Shown here piece by piece: positions 1-9,647 of a DNA stretch of 64,000 nt. Under the pieces are notes generated by a model. It had not been told where the DNA came from, did no database searches, and saw nothing but the letters and a program-made list of their open reading frames with translations. The stretch lies in contig CAZBUU010000001.1 of NCBI GenBank assembly GCA_964495125.1, forward strand, positions 30,370 to 94,369. Direction: 5' to 3'. Made by a program: the position numbers and the translations under genes. Source of the DNA: an uncultured Rubrivivax sp. GTDB taxonomy: Bacteria > Pseudomonadota > Gammaproteobacteria > Burkholderiales > Burkholderiaceae_C. How positions within the stretch are numbered: the first letter of the stretch is position 1; each line of letters opens with the position of its first letter.

Positions 1-268
1 TGTGCCGGTGGTCTGGGCCACCCAGGTGCTGGAGACGCTCGCGAAGACCGGCTTGCCGACGCGCGCCGAGATCACCGATGCCGCGATGGGCGAGCGCGCC
101 GAGTGCGTGATGCTGAACAAGGGCCCGCACATCCTCGACGCCATCCGCATGCTGGACGACATCCTGCGTCGCATGCAGGCGCACCAATCCAAGAAGCGGC
201 CCCTGATGCGGGCGCTGAAGTCCTGGCAGCGCGCGCTGGACGGCGCCCGGGCCCGGACCGCTCAGTAG
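1..268 (+). CDS. pyk: Pyruvate kinase, 3' partial
   Basis: [40 protein letters not shown] matches the pyruvate kinase ATQMLESM...PTRAE..D...D/ECVML motif; truncated by the window edge. Confidence 0.85.
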   Translation, partial: VPVVWATQVLETLAKTGLPTRAEITDAAMGERAECVMLNKGPHILDAIRMLDDILRRMQAHQSKKRPLMRALKSWQRALDGARARTAQ

Positions 269-1176
269 ACCTCGGGAACGAAGATCTCCTGCGGCACGGG
301 GTTGCGCACGTAGTCCTCGCGTCGTTCCCGCGGGGGCAGCTCGATGCTCGGGTGCTTCACTTCCTCGTACGGGAACTGCGTCAGCATGTGCTGGATGCAA
401 TTCAGGCGCGCGCGCTTCTTGTCGTCGGCCCTCACCACCCACCACGGCGCCTCGGCGATGTGCGTGCGCTCCAGCATCACCTCCTTGGCCTTGGTGTATT
501 CCTCCCAGCGCCGGCGCGACTCCAGGTCCATCGGGCTGAGCTTCCACTGCTTGAGCGGGTCATGGATGCGCCCGAGGAAGCGGATGCGCTGCTCGTCGTC
601 GGAGATCGAGAACCAGTACTTCAGCAGCCGGATGCCCGAGCGCACGAGCATGCGTTCGAACTCGGGGGCCGAGCGGAAGAACTCCTCGTATTGGTCGTCG
701 GAGCAGAAGCCCATCACCCGCTCGACGCCGGCGCGGTTGTACCAGCTGCGGTCGAAGAGAACGATCTCGCCGGCCGCCGGCAGGTTCGTGGCATAGCGCT
801 GGAAGTACCACTGCGTCTGTTCGCGGTCGTTCGGTGCGGGCAGGGCCGCCACGCGGCACACGCGCGGGTTCAGCCGCTGCGTGATGCGCTTGATGACGCC
901 ACCCTTGCCGGCGGCATCGCGCCCCTCGAACAGGATGACGATCTTCTGCCGCTCGTGCACCACCCAGTCCTGAAGCTTGACGAGCTCGGCCTGCAGCCTG
1001 AACAACTCGCGGAAATAGCGGCGGCGCGAGGCGTCGTCGTCGGCCGGTGGCTGGCCTTCCGCCTGGGCCACGGCGTCGAGGTTGCGGTCTTCGTAGTCGA
1101 GTTCGAGTTCCTCGTCGAAGTCGTCGCGCAGGTCCCGGTGAATGCGACGGACCAGTTCTTCTTCGGATGCGTTCAA
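262..1176 (-). CDS. ppk2: Polyphosphate kinase 2
   Basis: Walker [28 protein letters not shown] and WKLSPMD motifs; TTG start; stop overlaps the convergent pyk end. Confidence 0.93.
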   Translation of the reverse strand: MNASEEELVRRIHRDLRDDFDEELELDYEDRNLDAVAQAEGQPPADDDASRRRYFRELFRLQAELVKLQDWVVHERQKIVILFEGRDAAGKGGVIKRITQRLNPRVCRVAALPAPNDREQTQWYFQRYATNLPAAGEIVLFDRSWYNRAGVERVMGFCSDDQYEEFFRSAPEFERMLVRSGIRLLKYWFSISDDEQRIRFLGRIHDPLKQWKLSPMDLESRRRWEEYTKAKEVMLERTHIAEAPWWVVRADDKKRARLNCIQHMLTQFPYEEVKHPSIELPPRERREDYVRNPVPQEIFVPEVY

Positions 1177-1229
1177 GGTGTCTCCCCGGCGGTGCGCCGA
1201 CCGATGGCCGGCGACCCTAGGTGCCCGTC

Positions 1230-1247
1230 ATGACAGCGGCGTGACAG
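1230..1247 (-). promoter_or_regulatory. Pho box (PhoB site) upstream of ppk2
   Basis: Minus strand reads CTGTCAC-GCCG-CTGTCAT, two heptamers with 11-bp periodicity, close to the CTGTCAT-N4-CTGTCAY consensus, about 55 bp upstream of ppk2. Confidence 0.75.
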
Positions 1248-1374
1248 TGGCCGCCCGCGCAACGCCCTGTTGCGACTGCGACGACTTCAACAGAGGCGTC
1301 ATCAATCGTGACCAGACTCTTCCCGTCCCCCGCGCCCCCCGGGCCGGGCTTCGAACGGCCGGCAGGCCCCACCC

Positions 1375-2061
1375 ATGAAGGCACCCATGAAATCCTCCCT
1401 CCACACCGCGCTGCTCGGCGGCGCCGTTCTTCTGCTTGCGGCGGCATCGCCGGCTCAGGCGCAGTTGCGCATCACCGAGGTCTCGGCCTGGAGCAGCGGC
1501 AACTCCGTCTACGCCACCGACTGGTTCGAACTCACGAACCTGGGCGGCAGCGCCGTCGACATCAGCGGCTGGAAGATGGACGACAGCTCGGGCGGGACCG
1601 CCAAGGTGGCGCTCACCGGCATCACCAGCATCGGCGCCGGCGAGTCCGTGATCTTCACCGAGACCGCCGCCACCGCCGCCTTCCTCAGTGCCTGGTTCGG
1701 CGCCACCGCACCGGCAGGCCTGCAGATCGGCAACTACACCGGGGCCGGCGTGGGCTTCAGCACCGGCGGCGATGCCGTCTACGTGTTCGACGCCAGCGGC
1801 ACCCAACAGGCCAAGGTGAGCTTCGGGGTCTCGCCGGGCGCCACGCCGCTGGCCACCTTCGACAACGCCGCCGGCCTGGACAACGCTGCCATCAGCCAAC
1901 TCAGCGTGGTGGGCGTGAACGGCGCCTTCCTCTCGGCGAATGGCGCCGAGATCGGCTCGCCCGGCAGCATCGCCGCCGTGGTGCCGGAACCCATGACGCC
2001 GGCGCTGATGCTGGGCGGCCTGGGCCTGCTGGGCCTGGTGGCGCGCAAGCGCATGCGCTGA
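1375..2061 (+). CDS. PEP-CTERM surface protein with lamin-tail-like (LTD) N-terminal domain
   Basis: Signal peptide; LRITEV...DWFELTN.G...VDISGWKMDD LTD signature; C-terminal VPEP-hydrophobic-RKRMR sorting signal. Start may be 1387. Confidence 0.8.
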   Translation: MKAPMKSSLHTALLGGAVLLLAAASPAQAQLRITEVSAWSSGNSVYATDWFELTNLGGSAVDISGWKMDDSSGGTAKVALTGITSIGAGESVIFTETAATAAFLSAWFGATAPAGLQIGNYTGAGVGFSTGGDAVYVFDASGTQQAKVSFGVSPGATPLATFDNAAGLDNAAISQLSVVGVNGAFLSANGAEIGSPGSIAAVVPEPMTPALMLGGLGLLGLVARKRMR

Positions 2062-2070
2062 GGCCGGGTC

Positions 2071-3099
2071 ATGAAGCTCAAGGCCCTGTGTTTCGCGCTG
2101 GCCACAGCCGGCGCTTCGCTGGCTCAGGCCGGCACCTCCATCAACCTCGCCAACTACGGTGTCACCGGCACCTATGCGCTGAGCCTGCAGAGCGGCGCCG
2201 TTTCCGGGCTGGAAGCCTCGGCCGTGACCTACGCGCGCGACCGCGGCACGCTCTTCTTCGTCGGTGACGAAGGCACGGGCGTGTTCGAGATCTCGCTCAC
2301 CGGCCAGACGCTCGGCAGCATGGCCTTCGACTGGGCTGGCACAGGCAGCACCAAGCACGACACCGAGGGTCTGGCCTACCTGGGCGGAGGCGTGCTGGTG
2401 GTGAGCGAGGAGCGCCTGCAGGACGTCTACCGCTTCAGCTTCGCCGCCGGGGGCAGCGCCGCGCTGGCGGGCAGTTTCGTCTCGATCTCGAACGTGGCCG
2501 TCGGCAACAACGGGCTGGAAGGCCTCAGCCACGATCCGCGCAACGGCGGCAGCTTCATCACCGTGAAGCAGCAGTCGCCGCAGAACGTGCTCGGCGGCAC
2601 CCTGAGCTTCGCCGCCGCCACCGGCAGCCCGCCCAGCCTGGCGGGTGACGGTTCCACGCCGCCGGGCGGCGGCACGGCCTCGATGGCGAGTCTGTTCGAC
2701 CCGGCCACGCTGGGCGTCACCACGCTGTCCGACGTGCAGACGCTGGCTTCGGTGGATGCGCTGACGGGAACGGCCGCGGCGGACAACCTGCTGATCCTGA
2801 GCCTGGGCTCGCGTCGGCTGCTGGAAGTCAACCGCCAGGGCCAGGTGCTGAGCAGCTTCGACCTGACGTCCGTCCTGCCGAACAACGCCATCGAGGGCGT
2901 GACGGTCGACGAACTCGGCAACATCTACCTCGTGGCCGAGCAGGATCAGACGGCTTCGGCGGTGGCTGGCGCGGCTTCCCAGCTGATCGTGCTCTCGCCC
3001 ACGGCCGCCGTGCCCGAGCCGGCCAGCTACGGACTCATGGCCCTGGGCCTGGGGGTGCTGGCCCTGCGCCGTCGGCGCCGGGCGGACCATCCGCGCTGA
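2071..3099 (+). CDS. PEP-CTERM protein with SdiA-regulated/YjiK-like beta-propeller domain
   Basis: Signal peptide; repeated EASAVTY, DTEGLAY, GLEGLS and IEGVTVD blades; C-terminal VPEPASYGLMALGLGVLALRRRRR. Confidence 0.75.
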   Translation: MKLKALCFALATAGASLAQAGTSINLANYGVTGTYALSLQSGAVSGLEASAVTYARDRGTLFFVGDEGTGVFEISLTGQTLGSMAFDWAGTGSTKHDTEGLAYLGGGVLVVSEERLQDVYRFSFAAGGSAALAGSFVSISNVAVGNNGLEGLSHDPRNGGSFITVKQQSPQNVLGGTLSFAAATGSPPSLAGDGSTPPGGGTASMASLFDPATLGVTTLSDVQTLASVDALTGTAAADNLLILSLGSRRLLEVNRQGQVLSSFDLTSVLPNNAIEGVTVDELGNIYLVAEQDQTASAVAGAASQLIVLSPTAAVPEPASYGLMALGLGVLALRRRRRADHPR

Positions 3100-3166
3100 C
3101 TTCGCGGCGTCAAAGGACGCGCCCACACTGACCGGCTTCCGCCACGCGCTGACAAGGAAGTCGATC

Positions 3167-4900
3167 ATGGGCCGTCCCCGGCACGTCCAACCCGCAGCCA
3201 CCGGCCCCAGCCGTCGCGGCTTTTTCAAGCAGACCGGTGCGGCAGCCGCCGCACTGGCCGCGGCACCCGGCCTTGCGCTGGCCGACGATGACCGCCACGG
3301 CGGCCATGGCACCGTGTTCCAGCATGGTGTGGCCAGCGGTGACCCCTTGGCCCACCGCGTGATCCTGTGGACGCGCGTGACACCACGCCGCCCGCATCCG
3401 CGCGTGGAGGTGCGCTACGTCGTGGCCACCGACCCGCGGCTGCGCCGCGTCGTGGCACGCGGCCGCTTCGTGACGACGCCGCAGCGCGACTACACGGTCA
3501 AGGTGGACGCCGCCGGCCTGCGCCCGGGCACCACCTACTACTACCGCTTCTTCACCGAGGGCGGGCGCTCGCCTGTCGGGCGCACGCGCACGCTGCCGGT
3601 GGGCCCGACGCCCAGCCTGCGCATGGCCGTGGTGAGCTGCAGCAACCACGCTGCCGGCTACTTCAACGCCTACGCCCGCATCGCCCAGCGCGCCGACCTG
3701 GACCTGGTCATGCACCTGGGCGACTACCTCTACGAGTACGGCGCCGGCCAGTACGGTTCGGTGCGCACGCCGGAGCCCGCCACCGAGATGCTGACGCTGG
3801 CGGACTACCGCCTGCGCCATGCCCAGTACAAGCGTGACGCCGACTCGCAGGCCATGCACCGCCAACACCCGCTGGTGGCCATCTGGGACGACCACGAGAC
3901 CGCCAACAACGCCTGGACGGGCGGCGCCGAGAACCACACCGAAGGCACGGAGGGCACCTGGGCCGCCCGCGTGGCGGCGGCGCTGCAGGCCTACTACGAG
4001 TGGATGCCGGTGCGCGAGCTCGACCGCGCGCAGCCGCGCCGCAACCAGCGCGCCTACGCCTTCGGCGACCTGGCCGACCTGGTGATGCTGGAGGAGCGCC
4101 TGAGCGGCCGGTCGCAGCCGCTGGAAGGCAGCATCCCCACACCCTTCGGTGCGGCCTTCACGCAGAGTGGCGCCTTCCTCGATCCGTCGCGCCAACTGCT
4201 CGGTGCCGAGCAGGAGGCCTGGCTCTTTCAGCGTCTGCGCACGAGCCCCGCGCGCTGGAAGATGCTCGGCCAGGGCGTCATGTTCGCGCAGCTGAAGGTG
4301 CCGGGCTACGGGCTGCCCAACGCCGTCGGCGGCGGCCTGTTCCTGAACGCCGACCAGTGGGACGGCTACCAGCCCGCCCGCGACCGCGTCTACGAAGTCA
4401 TCAAGGGCAGCGCCACGCAGGCGCCCGTCGACAACGTGGTCGTGCTCACCGGCGACATCCATAGCGCCTGGGCGGCCGACCTGAGCTCGGACCCCAACAA
4501 CCCGGTCGTGGCCACGGGTGGCTACGACCCGGCTACGGGCGAGGGCTCCTGCGCGGTGGAGTTCGTCGGCACCTCGATCAGTTCACCCGGCATCGACACC
4601 GACACCGACGGCGCCATCGCCGGCGCCTTGCGCAGCTCGAACCCGCACTTCAAGTACATCAACCTGCACCGACGCGGCTACATGCTGCTTGACGTGACGC
4701 ACGAGCGCGCGGTGGCCGAGTGGTGGCAGGTGGACACGGTGGCCAGCCCGAGCAACATCGAGACCTTCGCCGTGGCCTTCGAGACAGTGGCAGGCAGCAA
4801 CCGCCTTCGGCCCGCCGCGCAGACGCCGGGTCGGGCGCAGGCGCCGGCTCTGGCGCCGGCACTGAAGGCCACGGACGACGACGGCGACGACGCGGCCTGA
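3167..4900 (+). CDS. phoD: Alkaline phosphatase D, Tat-exported
   Basis: Tat motif SRRGFFK; FQHGVASGDP, HLGDYLYEY, WDDHE, DQWDGY and LTGDIH PhoD motifs. Confidence 0.93.
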   Translation: MGRPRHVQPAATGPSRRGFFKQTGAAAAALAAAPGLALADDDRHGGHGTVFQHGVASGDPLAHRVILWTRVTPRRPHPRVEVRYVVATDPRLRRVVARGRFVTTPQRDYTVKVDAAGLRPGTTYYYRFFTEGGRSPVGRTRTLPVGPTPSLRMAVVSCSNHAAGYFNAYARIAQRADLDLVMHLGDYLYEYGAGQYGSVRTPEPATEMLTLADYRLRHAQYKRDADSQAMHRQHPLVAIWDDHETANNAWTGGAENHTEGTEGTWAARVAAALQAYYEWMPVRELDRAQPRRNQRAYAFGDLADLVMLEERLSGRSQPLEGSIPTPFGAAFTQSGAFLDPSRQLLGAEQEAWLFQRLRTSPARWKMLGQGVMFAQLKVPGYGLPNAVGGGLFLNADQWDGYQPARDRVYEVIKGSATQAPVDNVVVLTGDIHSAWAADLSSDPNNPVVATGGYDPATGEGSCAVEFVGTSISSPGIDTDTDGAIAGALRSSNPHFKYINLHRRGYMLLDVTHERAVAEWWQVDTVASPSNIETFAVAFETVAGSNRLRPAAQTPGRAQAPALAPALKATDDDGDDAA

Positions 4901-4912
4901 GCGGCCGCCACG

Positions 4913-4934
4913 CCCTGCCGCGACGGCGGCAGGG
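4913..4934 (+). terminator. GC-rich hairpin after phoD (possible terminator)
   Basis: CCCTGCCGC-gacg-GCGGCAGGG 9-bp stem; no U-tract. Confidence 0.35.
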
Positions 4935-4952
4935 GCAAAGATGTCAGGCGTG

Positions 4953-4984
4953 TGAAAAGCGTATAAACTATTTATACCTTTTCA
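4953..4984. promoter_or_regulatory. AT-rich inverted repeat (candidate operator)
   Basis: TGAAAAG-C-GTATAAA-CTA-TTTATAC-CTTTTCA, 16 bp upstream of the ATG at 5001; very AT-rich against the GC-rich background. Confidence 0.65.
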
Positions 4985-5000
4985 ACGCTTGGCATCGATC

Positions 5001-5417
5001 ATGAGCACCACCGCACGCACCCGCCGCACCCCTGCCGCCAAGAACGCCCAGCCGGTCGCTGCCCCGGCACCGGCCAAGGCCAAGCCCGCCGCCAAGCCGG
5101 CACCGAAGGCCGAAAAAGCTGCAGCCCAGCCTGTCGCCAAGGCCGCCCCCGCGCCCAAGAAGCCGGCCCCCGCCGCCAAGCCGCCCAAGAAACCCAAGCC
5201 CGTGCTCGTGCGCGACGGTTTCACCATGCCTGAGGCCGACTTCGCCCTCATCGCCCAGTTGAAGAAGCGCGCTGCTGCCGCCGGCCGCGAGTGCAAGAAG
5301 AGCGAACTGCTGCGCGCCGGCCTGCGCGCACTCGCGGCGATGGACCTCGCGGCACTGGTGACGGCGCTCGGCGGTCTGGAGCCGGTGAAGATCGGCCGCC
5401 CGCGCAAGGGCCACTGA
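5001..5417 (+). CDS. Small basic protein: Ala/Lys/Pro-rich histone-H1-like N-terminus plus RHH-like C-terminal domain
   Basis: PAKAKPAAKPAPKAEK low-complexity tract followed by VRDGFTMPEADFALIAQLKKR...KKSELLRAGL (strand-helix-helix pattern) and a GRPRK AT-hook-like end. Confidence 0.6.
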   Translation: MSTTARTRRTPAAKNAQPVAAPAPAKAKPAAKPAPKAEKAAAQPVAKAAPAPKKPAPAAKPPKKPKPVLVRDGFTMPEADFALIAQLKKRAAAAGRECKKSELLRAGLRALAAMDLAALVTALGGLEPVKIGRPRKGH

Positions 5418-5432
5418 GCCTTTGGCGGTGCC

Positions 5433-6257
5433 GTGACCGGCCCCACGCTCACCTGGTGGACGCTGCTGAGCGCCGTCGCCCTCGCGAACCTCGCCATCTG
5501 GGCGGCGTCCGCGGTGATGCTGCGCCCGCGCCTGGCTTCTGTGGACGGCTTCGAGCGCGACTTCCGCCGCCTGCAGCTGCTGCTCTCGGCCGGCTACGTC
5601 GCGGGCTGTGCCTGGCGTTCGTTGCTGCCGGTGTTCGACGTGCCGCGCTTCGTGATCGTCGATTCCTGGGCCTCCAGCGTCATCGTGGGTCGCAGCGTGG
5701 CCACCGTCGCCGAACTCTGCTTCGCCGCGCAGTGGTCGCTGCTGCTGCGGGCGGTGGCGCAGTCGGTGGAGAGCCGCAGGCTGCACCTCGTGGCGCGGCT
5801 GCCCGTGCCGCTGATCGTGGTCGCGGAAGTGTGTTCCTGGCACGCCGTGCTCACCACGGCCAACCTGGGCCATGTGATCGAAGAAAGCCTCTGGGGCGTG
5901 GCCGCCACACTGGTGGTGGCGGGCCTGCTGCTGGCGGCCCCTCGGTTGCGGGGCCGCCAGCGTGCCTTCGTGCTGGCCTGCAGCGCCGCGGGCGCGGCCT
6001 ATGCCGCCTACATGTTCGGCGTCGACGTGCCCATGTACTGGGCGCGTTGGCTGGCCGATGAAGCCCAGGGCCGCGTCTACCTGGACCTCTCCCAGGGCCT
6101 TGCCGACGCCGCCACGCGCTGGGTGGTCAACCATGACTGGACCCATTGGCGCGGCGAAGTGGTCTGGATGAGCGTCTATTTCAGCGTCGCCGTCTGGATC
6201 AGCATCGGCCTGGCCCACGCGCCGGCCTGGGCGAGGGCGCCGCGGCGCAGCGTCTGA
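5433..6257 (+). CDS. Hypothetical polytopic membrane protein
   Basis: About 7 hydrophobic segments, typical codon usage, GTG start. Confidence 0.65.
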   Translation: MTGPTLTWWTLLSAVALANLAIWAASAVMLRPRLASVDGFERDFRRLQLLLSAGYVAGCAWRSLLPVFDVPRFVIVDSWASSVIVGRSVATVAELCFAAQWSLLLRAVAQSVESRRLHLVARLPVPLIVVAEVCSWHAVLTTANLGHVIEESLWGVAATLVVAGLLLAAPRLRGRQRAFVLACSAAGAAYAAYMFGVDVPMYWARWLADEAQGRVYLDLSQGLADAATRWVVNHDWTHWRGEVVWMSVYFSVAVWISIGLAHAPAWARAPRRSV

Positions 6258-6267
6258 AGTCCGGCAG

Positions 6268-6284
6268 CGTCATCGCTCCGTCAT
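6268..6284 (+). promoter_or_regulatory. Pho-box-like direct repeat upstream of phnC
   Basis: CGTCAT at 6268 and 6279 (11-bp spacing). Confidence 0.55.
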
Positions 6285-6288
6285 CACC

Positions 6289-6299
6289 CGTCTAGATGA
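6289..6299 (+). promoter_or_regulatory. Candidate PhnF operator (copy 1)
   Basis: CGTCTAGATGA, identical to the minus-strand copy upstream of phnG (15384-15394); TCTAGA palindromic core. Confidence 0.6.
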
Positions 6300-6330
6300 T
6301 CGCCCCGTTCACGCATACGGGGACGTCGCC

Positions 6331-7176
6331 GTGGGGCAGCCAGCCATCGAGGTCGAGTCGCTGCGCAAGAGCTTCGGCGGCAACGCCGCGCTGCGGGGCG
6401 TTTCGCTGAGCATCGCCGAGGGCGAGATGGTGGCGCTGCTCGGCGCCTCGGGCTCGGGCAAGTCGACGCTGCTGCGGCACCTGAACGGCCTGCACCGCGC
6501 CGACGCGGGCCCCGGCAGCGTGGTGCGCGTGCTCGGCCGCACCGTCCAGCAGGGCGGCAGGCTGGCGAGCGACATCCGGCGCCAGCGGGCGGACGTGGCG
6601 GCCATCTTCCAGCAGTTCAATCTGGTGGACCGGCTGCCGGTTATGGTCAACGTCATGGCGGGTGCGCTGCACCGCATGCCGCTGTGGCGCGCGTTGCTCA
6701 AGCGCTTTCCGGCCGACGAGCACGGCAGCGCCCATGAGGCGCTGCGGCGCGTTGGCATCGAGGCCTGTGCGTGGCAGCGGGCTTCCACGCTTTCCGGTGG
6801 CCAGCAGCAGCGCGCCGCGATCTCCCGCGCGCTCGTGCAGCGGGCGCGCTTGATCCTCGCCGACGAGCCGGTGGCTTCGCTGGACCCGGCGTCCAGCCGC
6901 CGCGTCATGGAACTGCTGGCCGAGTTGAACCGCGAACTGGGCGTCACCGTGCTGGTGTCGCTGCACCAGGTGGAACACGCCTTTGCCTTTTGTCCGCGCA
7001 CGATCGCGTTGCGCGCGGGCGAGGTGGTCTACGACGGCCCCACGCAGGCGCTGGGCAGCGAGCGCCTGCGCGCGCTGTACGGCTCGCAGAGCGACGAGCT
7101 CTTCGCTGCGGCGCCCGGCGAAGAAGCCGGTGGCCACCCGGCAGCCCGGCCCTTGCCCGCACTTCGCGTCGCCTGA
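6331..7176 (+). CDS. phnC: Phosphonate ABC transporter ATP-binding protein
   Basis: [16 protein letters not shown] and [11 protein letters not shown] motifs; [11 protein letters not shown]; upstream of phnD/phnE. Confidence 0.92.
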   Translation: MGQPAIEVESLRKSFGGNAALRGVSLSIAEGEMVALLGASGSGKSTLLRHLNGLHRADAGPGSVVRVLGRTVQQGGRLASDIRRQRADVAAIFQQFNLVDRLPVMVNVMAGALHRMPLWRALLKRFPADEHGSAHEALRRVGIEACAWQRASTLSGGQQQRAAISRALVQRARLILADEPVASLDPASSRRVMELLAELNRELGVTVLVSLHQVEHAFAFCPRTIALRAGEVVYDGPTQALGSERLRALYGSQSDELFAAAPGEEAGGHPAARPLPALRVA

Positions 7177-7210
7177 ACCCAGGTCAAGTCCTTTTCCCCA
7201 CGGAGTCCCC

Positions 7211-8185
7211 ATGAAGAAAACCGTTTCCATCGCGTGGCTTGCTGCAGGTCTCCTGCTGGCCGGCAGTGCCTTTGCACAGGCCCGGGAGTTCGCCTTCGGC
7301 ATCATTTCCACCGAGTCCTCGGCGAACCTCAAGAGCACGTGGCAGCCGGTGCTGGACGACATGCAGAAGGCGACGGGCTACAAGGTCACGGCCTTCTTCG
7401 CGCCCGACTACGCCGGCATCATCGAAGGCATGCGCTTCAACAAGGTGCAGCTGGCCTGGATGGGCAACAAGTCGGCGATGGAGGCCGTGGACCGCGCCAG
7501 CGCCGAAGTGTTCGCGCGCATGACGCAGCCCGACGGGGGTACCGGCTACTGGAGCCTGATGATCGTGCACAAGGACAGCCGGCTGCAGACCCTGCAGGAC
7601 GTGCTTCGCGAGCGCCAGACGCTGACGCTCGGCTTCGGCGATCCGAACTCCACCAGTGGCTCGCTGGTGCCTGGCTACTACGCCTTCGCGCAGAACGGCG
7701 TCGAGCCGACGCGCGACTTCAAACGCACGGCGCGCGCCAACCACGAGACCAACATCCTGGCGGTGGCCAACCGCCATGTCGACGTGGCCACGGTGGCCAG
7801 CGACGGCATGGACCGCATGAAGCTGAAGATGCCCGAGAAGCACGCCGAGTTGCGTGTCGTCTGGCGTTCGCCCCTGATCCCCAGCGACCCGCTGGTCTGG
7901 CGCAAGGACTTCGATGCCGATGCCAAGCAGAAGGTGAAGGACTTCTTCCTCAATTACGGCAAGGACGCGCGCGAGAAGGAACTGCTGGCCAAGCTGACGA
8001 TCGGCGGCTTCATCCCATCCGACAACGGCCAGCTGCTGCCCATCCGCCAGCTGGAATTGGTGCGTGAACGCGCCAAGCTCGAAGCCGACGGCAACATGGC
8101 GGCCGATGAGAAGGCACGCCGCCTGCGCGAGATCGACGCGCGCCTGTCCGAGCTGGGCCGCCTGATGGCCAGCGCCGCGAAGTGA
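7211..8185 (+). CDS. phnD: Phosphonate ABC transporter substrate-binding protein
   Basis: Signal peptide MKKTVSIAW; [26 protein letters not shown] and GDPNSTSG motifs. Confidence 0.93.
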   Translation: MKKTVSIAWLAAGLLLAGSAFAQAREFAFGIISTESSANLKSTWQPVLDDMQKATGYKVTAFFAPDYAGIIEGMRFNKVQLAWMGNKSAMEAVDRASAEVFARMTQPDGGTGYWSLMIVHKDSRLQTLQDVLRERQTLTLGFGDPNSTSGSLVPGYYAFAQNGVEPTRDFKRTARANHETNILAVANRHVDVATVASDGMDRMKLKMPEKHAELRVVWRSPLIPSDPLVWRKDFDADAKQKVKDFFLNYGKDAREKELLAKLTIGGFIPSDNGQLLPIRQLELVRERAKLEADGNMAADEKARRLREIDARLSELGRLMASAAK

Positions 8186-8186
8186 C

Positions 8187-8999
8187 TTGACGATGGCCGC
8201 CGACACGTCGGTGTCGCCTCTGCCTTCAGCCGCCGCGGCGCGGCCGGAGGGCGGTCCCTGGCGCCTGCTTGGCTGGGGCCTGATGCTGGCCCTGCTGGCC
8301 GGCAGCTGGCGCGGTGCCGACATGCGGCCGCTGGACCTGCTGCGTGATGCCGGCAACATGGCGGAGTACGCCAGGGGCTTCATGCCGCCCGACTTCGGCG
8401 AGTGGCGGCTGTACCTGACCGAGCTGGTGATCACGCTGCAGATCGCGCTCTGGGGCACGGCGCTGGCCATTGTCGGTTCGGTGCCGCTGGCCCTGCTGGC
8501 GGCCGGCAACCTGACGCCCTGGTGGGTGCACCAGCCGGTGCGCCGGCTGCTCGACGCCTGCCGCGCCATCAACGAGATGGTGTTCGCGCTGCTGTTCGTG
8601 GTGGCCGTCGGCCTGGGGCCTTTCGCCGGCGTGCTGGCCCTGTGGATCCACACGACGGGCGTGCTGGCCAAGCTGTTCTCGGAGGCCGTGGAGGCCATCG
8701 ATCCCCAGCCCGTGGAAGGCATCCGCGCCACGGGGGCACATCCGCTGGCCGAGATCGTGTTCGGCGTCATTCCCCAGGTGCTGCCACTTTGGATCAGCTA
8801 TGCGCTCTACCGGTTCGAATCGAACGTGCGCTCGGCCTCGGTCGTGGGCATGGTGGGCGCGGGCGGCATCGGCATGGTGCTGTGGGATGTGATCCGTGGT
8901 TTCCAGTACGCGCAGACGGCTGCGGTGCTGGTGCTGCTCGTCGTCTCGGTGTCGATCATCGACCTGCTGTCGTCCCAGTTGCGCAAGCGGCTGATCTGA
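8187..8999 (+). CDS. phnE: Phosphonate ABC transporter permease
   Basis: [12 protein letters not shown] and [23 protein letters not shown] motifs; start TTG 8187 or ATG 8193. Confidence 0.92.
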   Translation: MTMAADTSVSPLPSAAAARPEGGPWRLLGWGLMLALLAGSWRGADMRPLDLLRDAGNMAEYARGFMPPDFGEWRLYLTELVITLQIALWGTALAIVGSVPLALLAAGNLTPWWVHQPVRRLLDACRAINEMVFALLFVVAVGLGPFAGVLALWIHTTGVLAKLFSEAVEAIDPQPVEGIRATGAHPLAEIVFGVIPQVLPLWISYALYRFESNVRSASVVGMVGAGGIGMVLWDVIRGFQYAQTAAVLVLLVVSVSIIDLLSSQLRKRLI

Positions 9000-9021
9000 A
9001 CGCTGCGCGGAGGCCTTGACC

Positions 9022-9639
9022 ATGAACTTCCAGTCAACCCCCCATGCGATCGTGCGCCAGCTCGAGACGCTCTTCGCACGCCACGGCCACCTGCCCTACG
9101 AGGGCGCTCGCCGCGAGGCCGTGACGGCGCTGGAGCACGCGCTGCAATGTGCCCAACTCGCCGAATGGGCCGGCGCCGACACCCCGCTGGTGGCTGCGGC
9201 GCTGCTGCACGACGTCGGCCACTTCCTGGCCGCCGAGGCGGTGGCCAAGTCGGAGACGGTGGACGACGCGCACGAAGACCTGGCGGTGCCGCTGCTGGCG
9301 ACGGATTTCGGCCCCGAGGTCACCGAGCCCATCCGGCTGCATGTGCTGGCCAAGCGCTACCTCGTCAGCGTGGACGCCGGCTACGCCCGCCAGCTGTCGC
9401 CGGCCTCCGTGCACTCGCTGGGCCTGCAGGGCGGTCCTCTGCGCGATGCCGAGGTCGCCGAGTTCGAGGCCCAGCCGTTCGCTGAACACGCCGTGCTGCT
9501 TCGCCGCTGGGACGACGCGGCCAAGGAGCCGGGCCGCACCACGCCGCCGCTGGCCTACTACCTGGCGCTGCTGGACGACCTGCTGGAACAGGACTTCCCC
9601 GACACCCGCAGCACCATCGGCGCCGTCGACATCGCCTGA
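9022..9639 (+). CDS. HD-domain phosphonate dioxygenase, PhnZ-like
   Basis: VTALEHALQCA, ALLHDVGH, DDAHE, LHVLAKRYL, LSPASVHSLGLQGG and LRRWDDAAK follow the PhnZ/Phn-HD pattern. Confidence 0.8.
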   Translation: MNFQSTPHAIVRQLETLFARHGHLPYEGARREAVTALEHALQCAQLAEWAGADTPLVAAALLHDVGHFLAAEAVAKSETVDDAHEDLAVPLLATDFGPEVTEPIRLHVLAKRYLVSVDAGYARQLSPASVHSLGLQGGPLRDAEVAEFEAQPFAEHAVLLRRWDDAAKEPGRTTPPLAYYLALLDDLLEQDFPDTRSTIGAVDIA

Positions 9640-9647
9640 GGGCTTCC

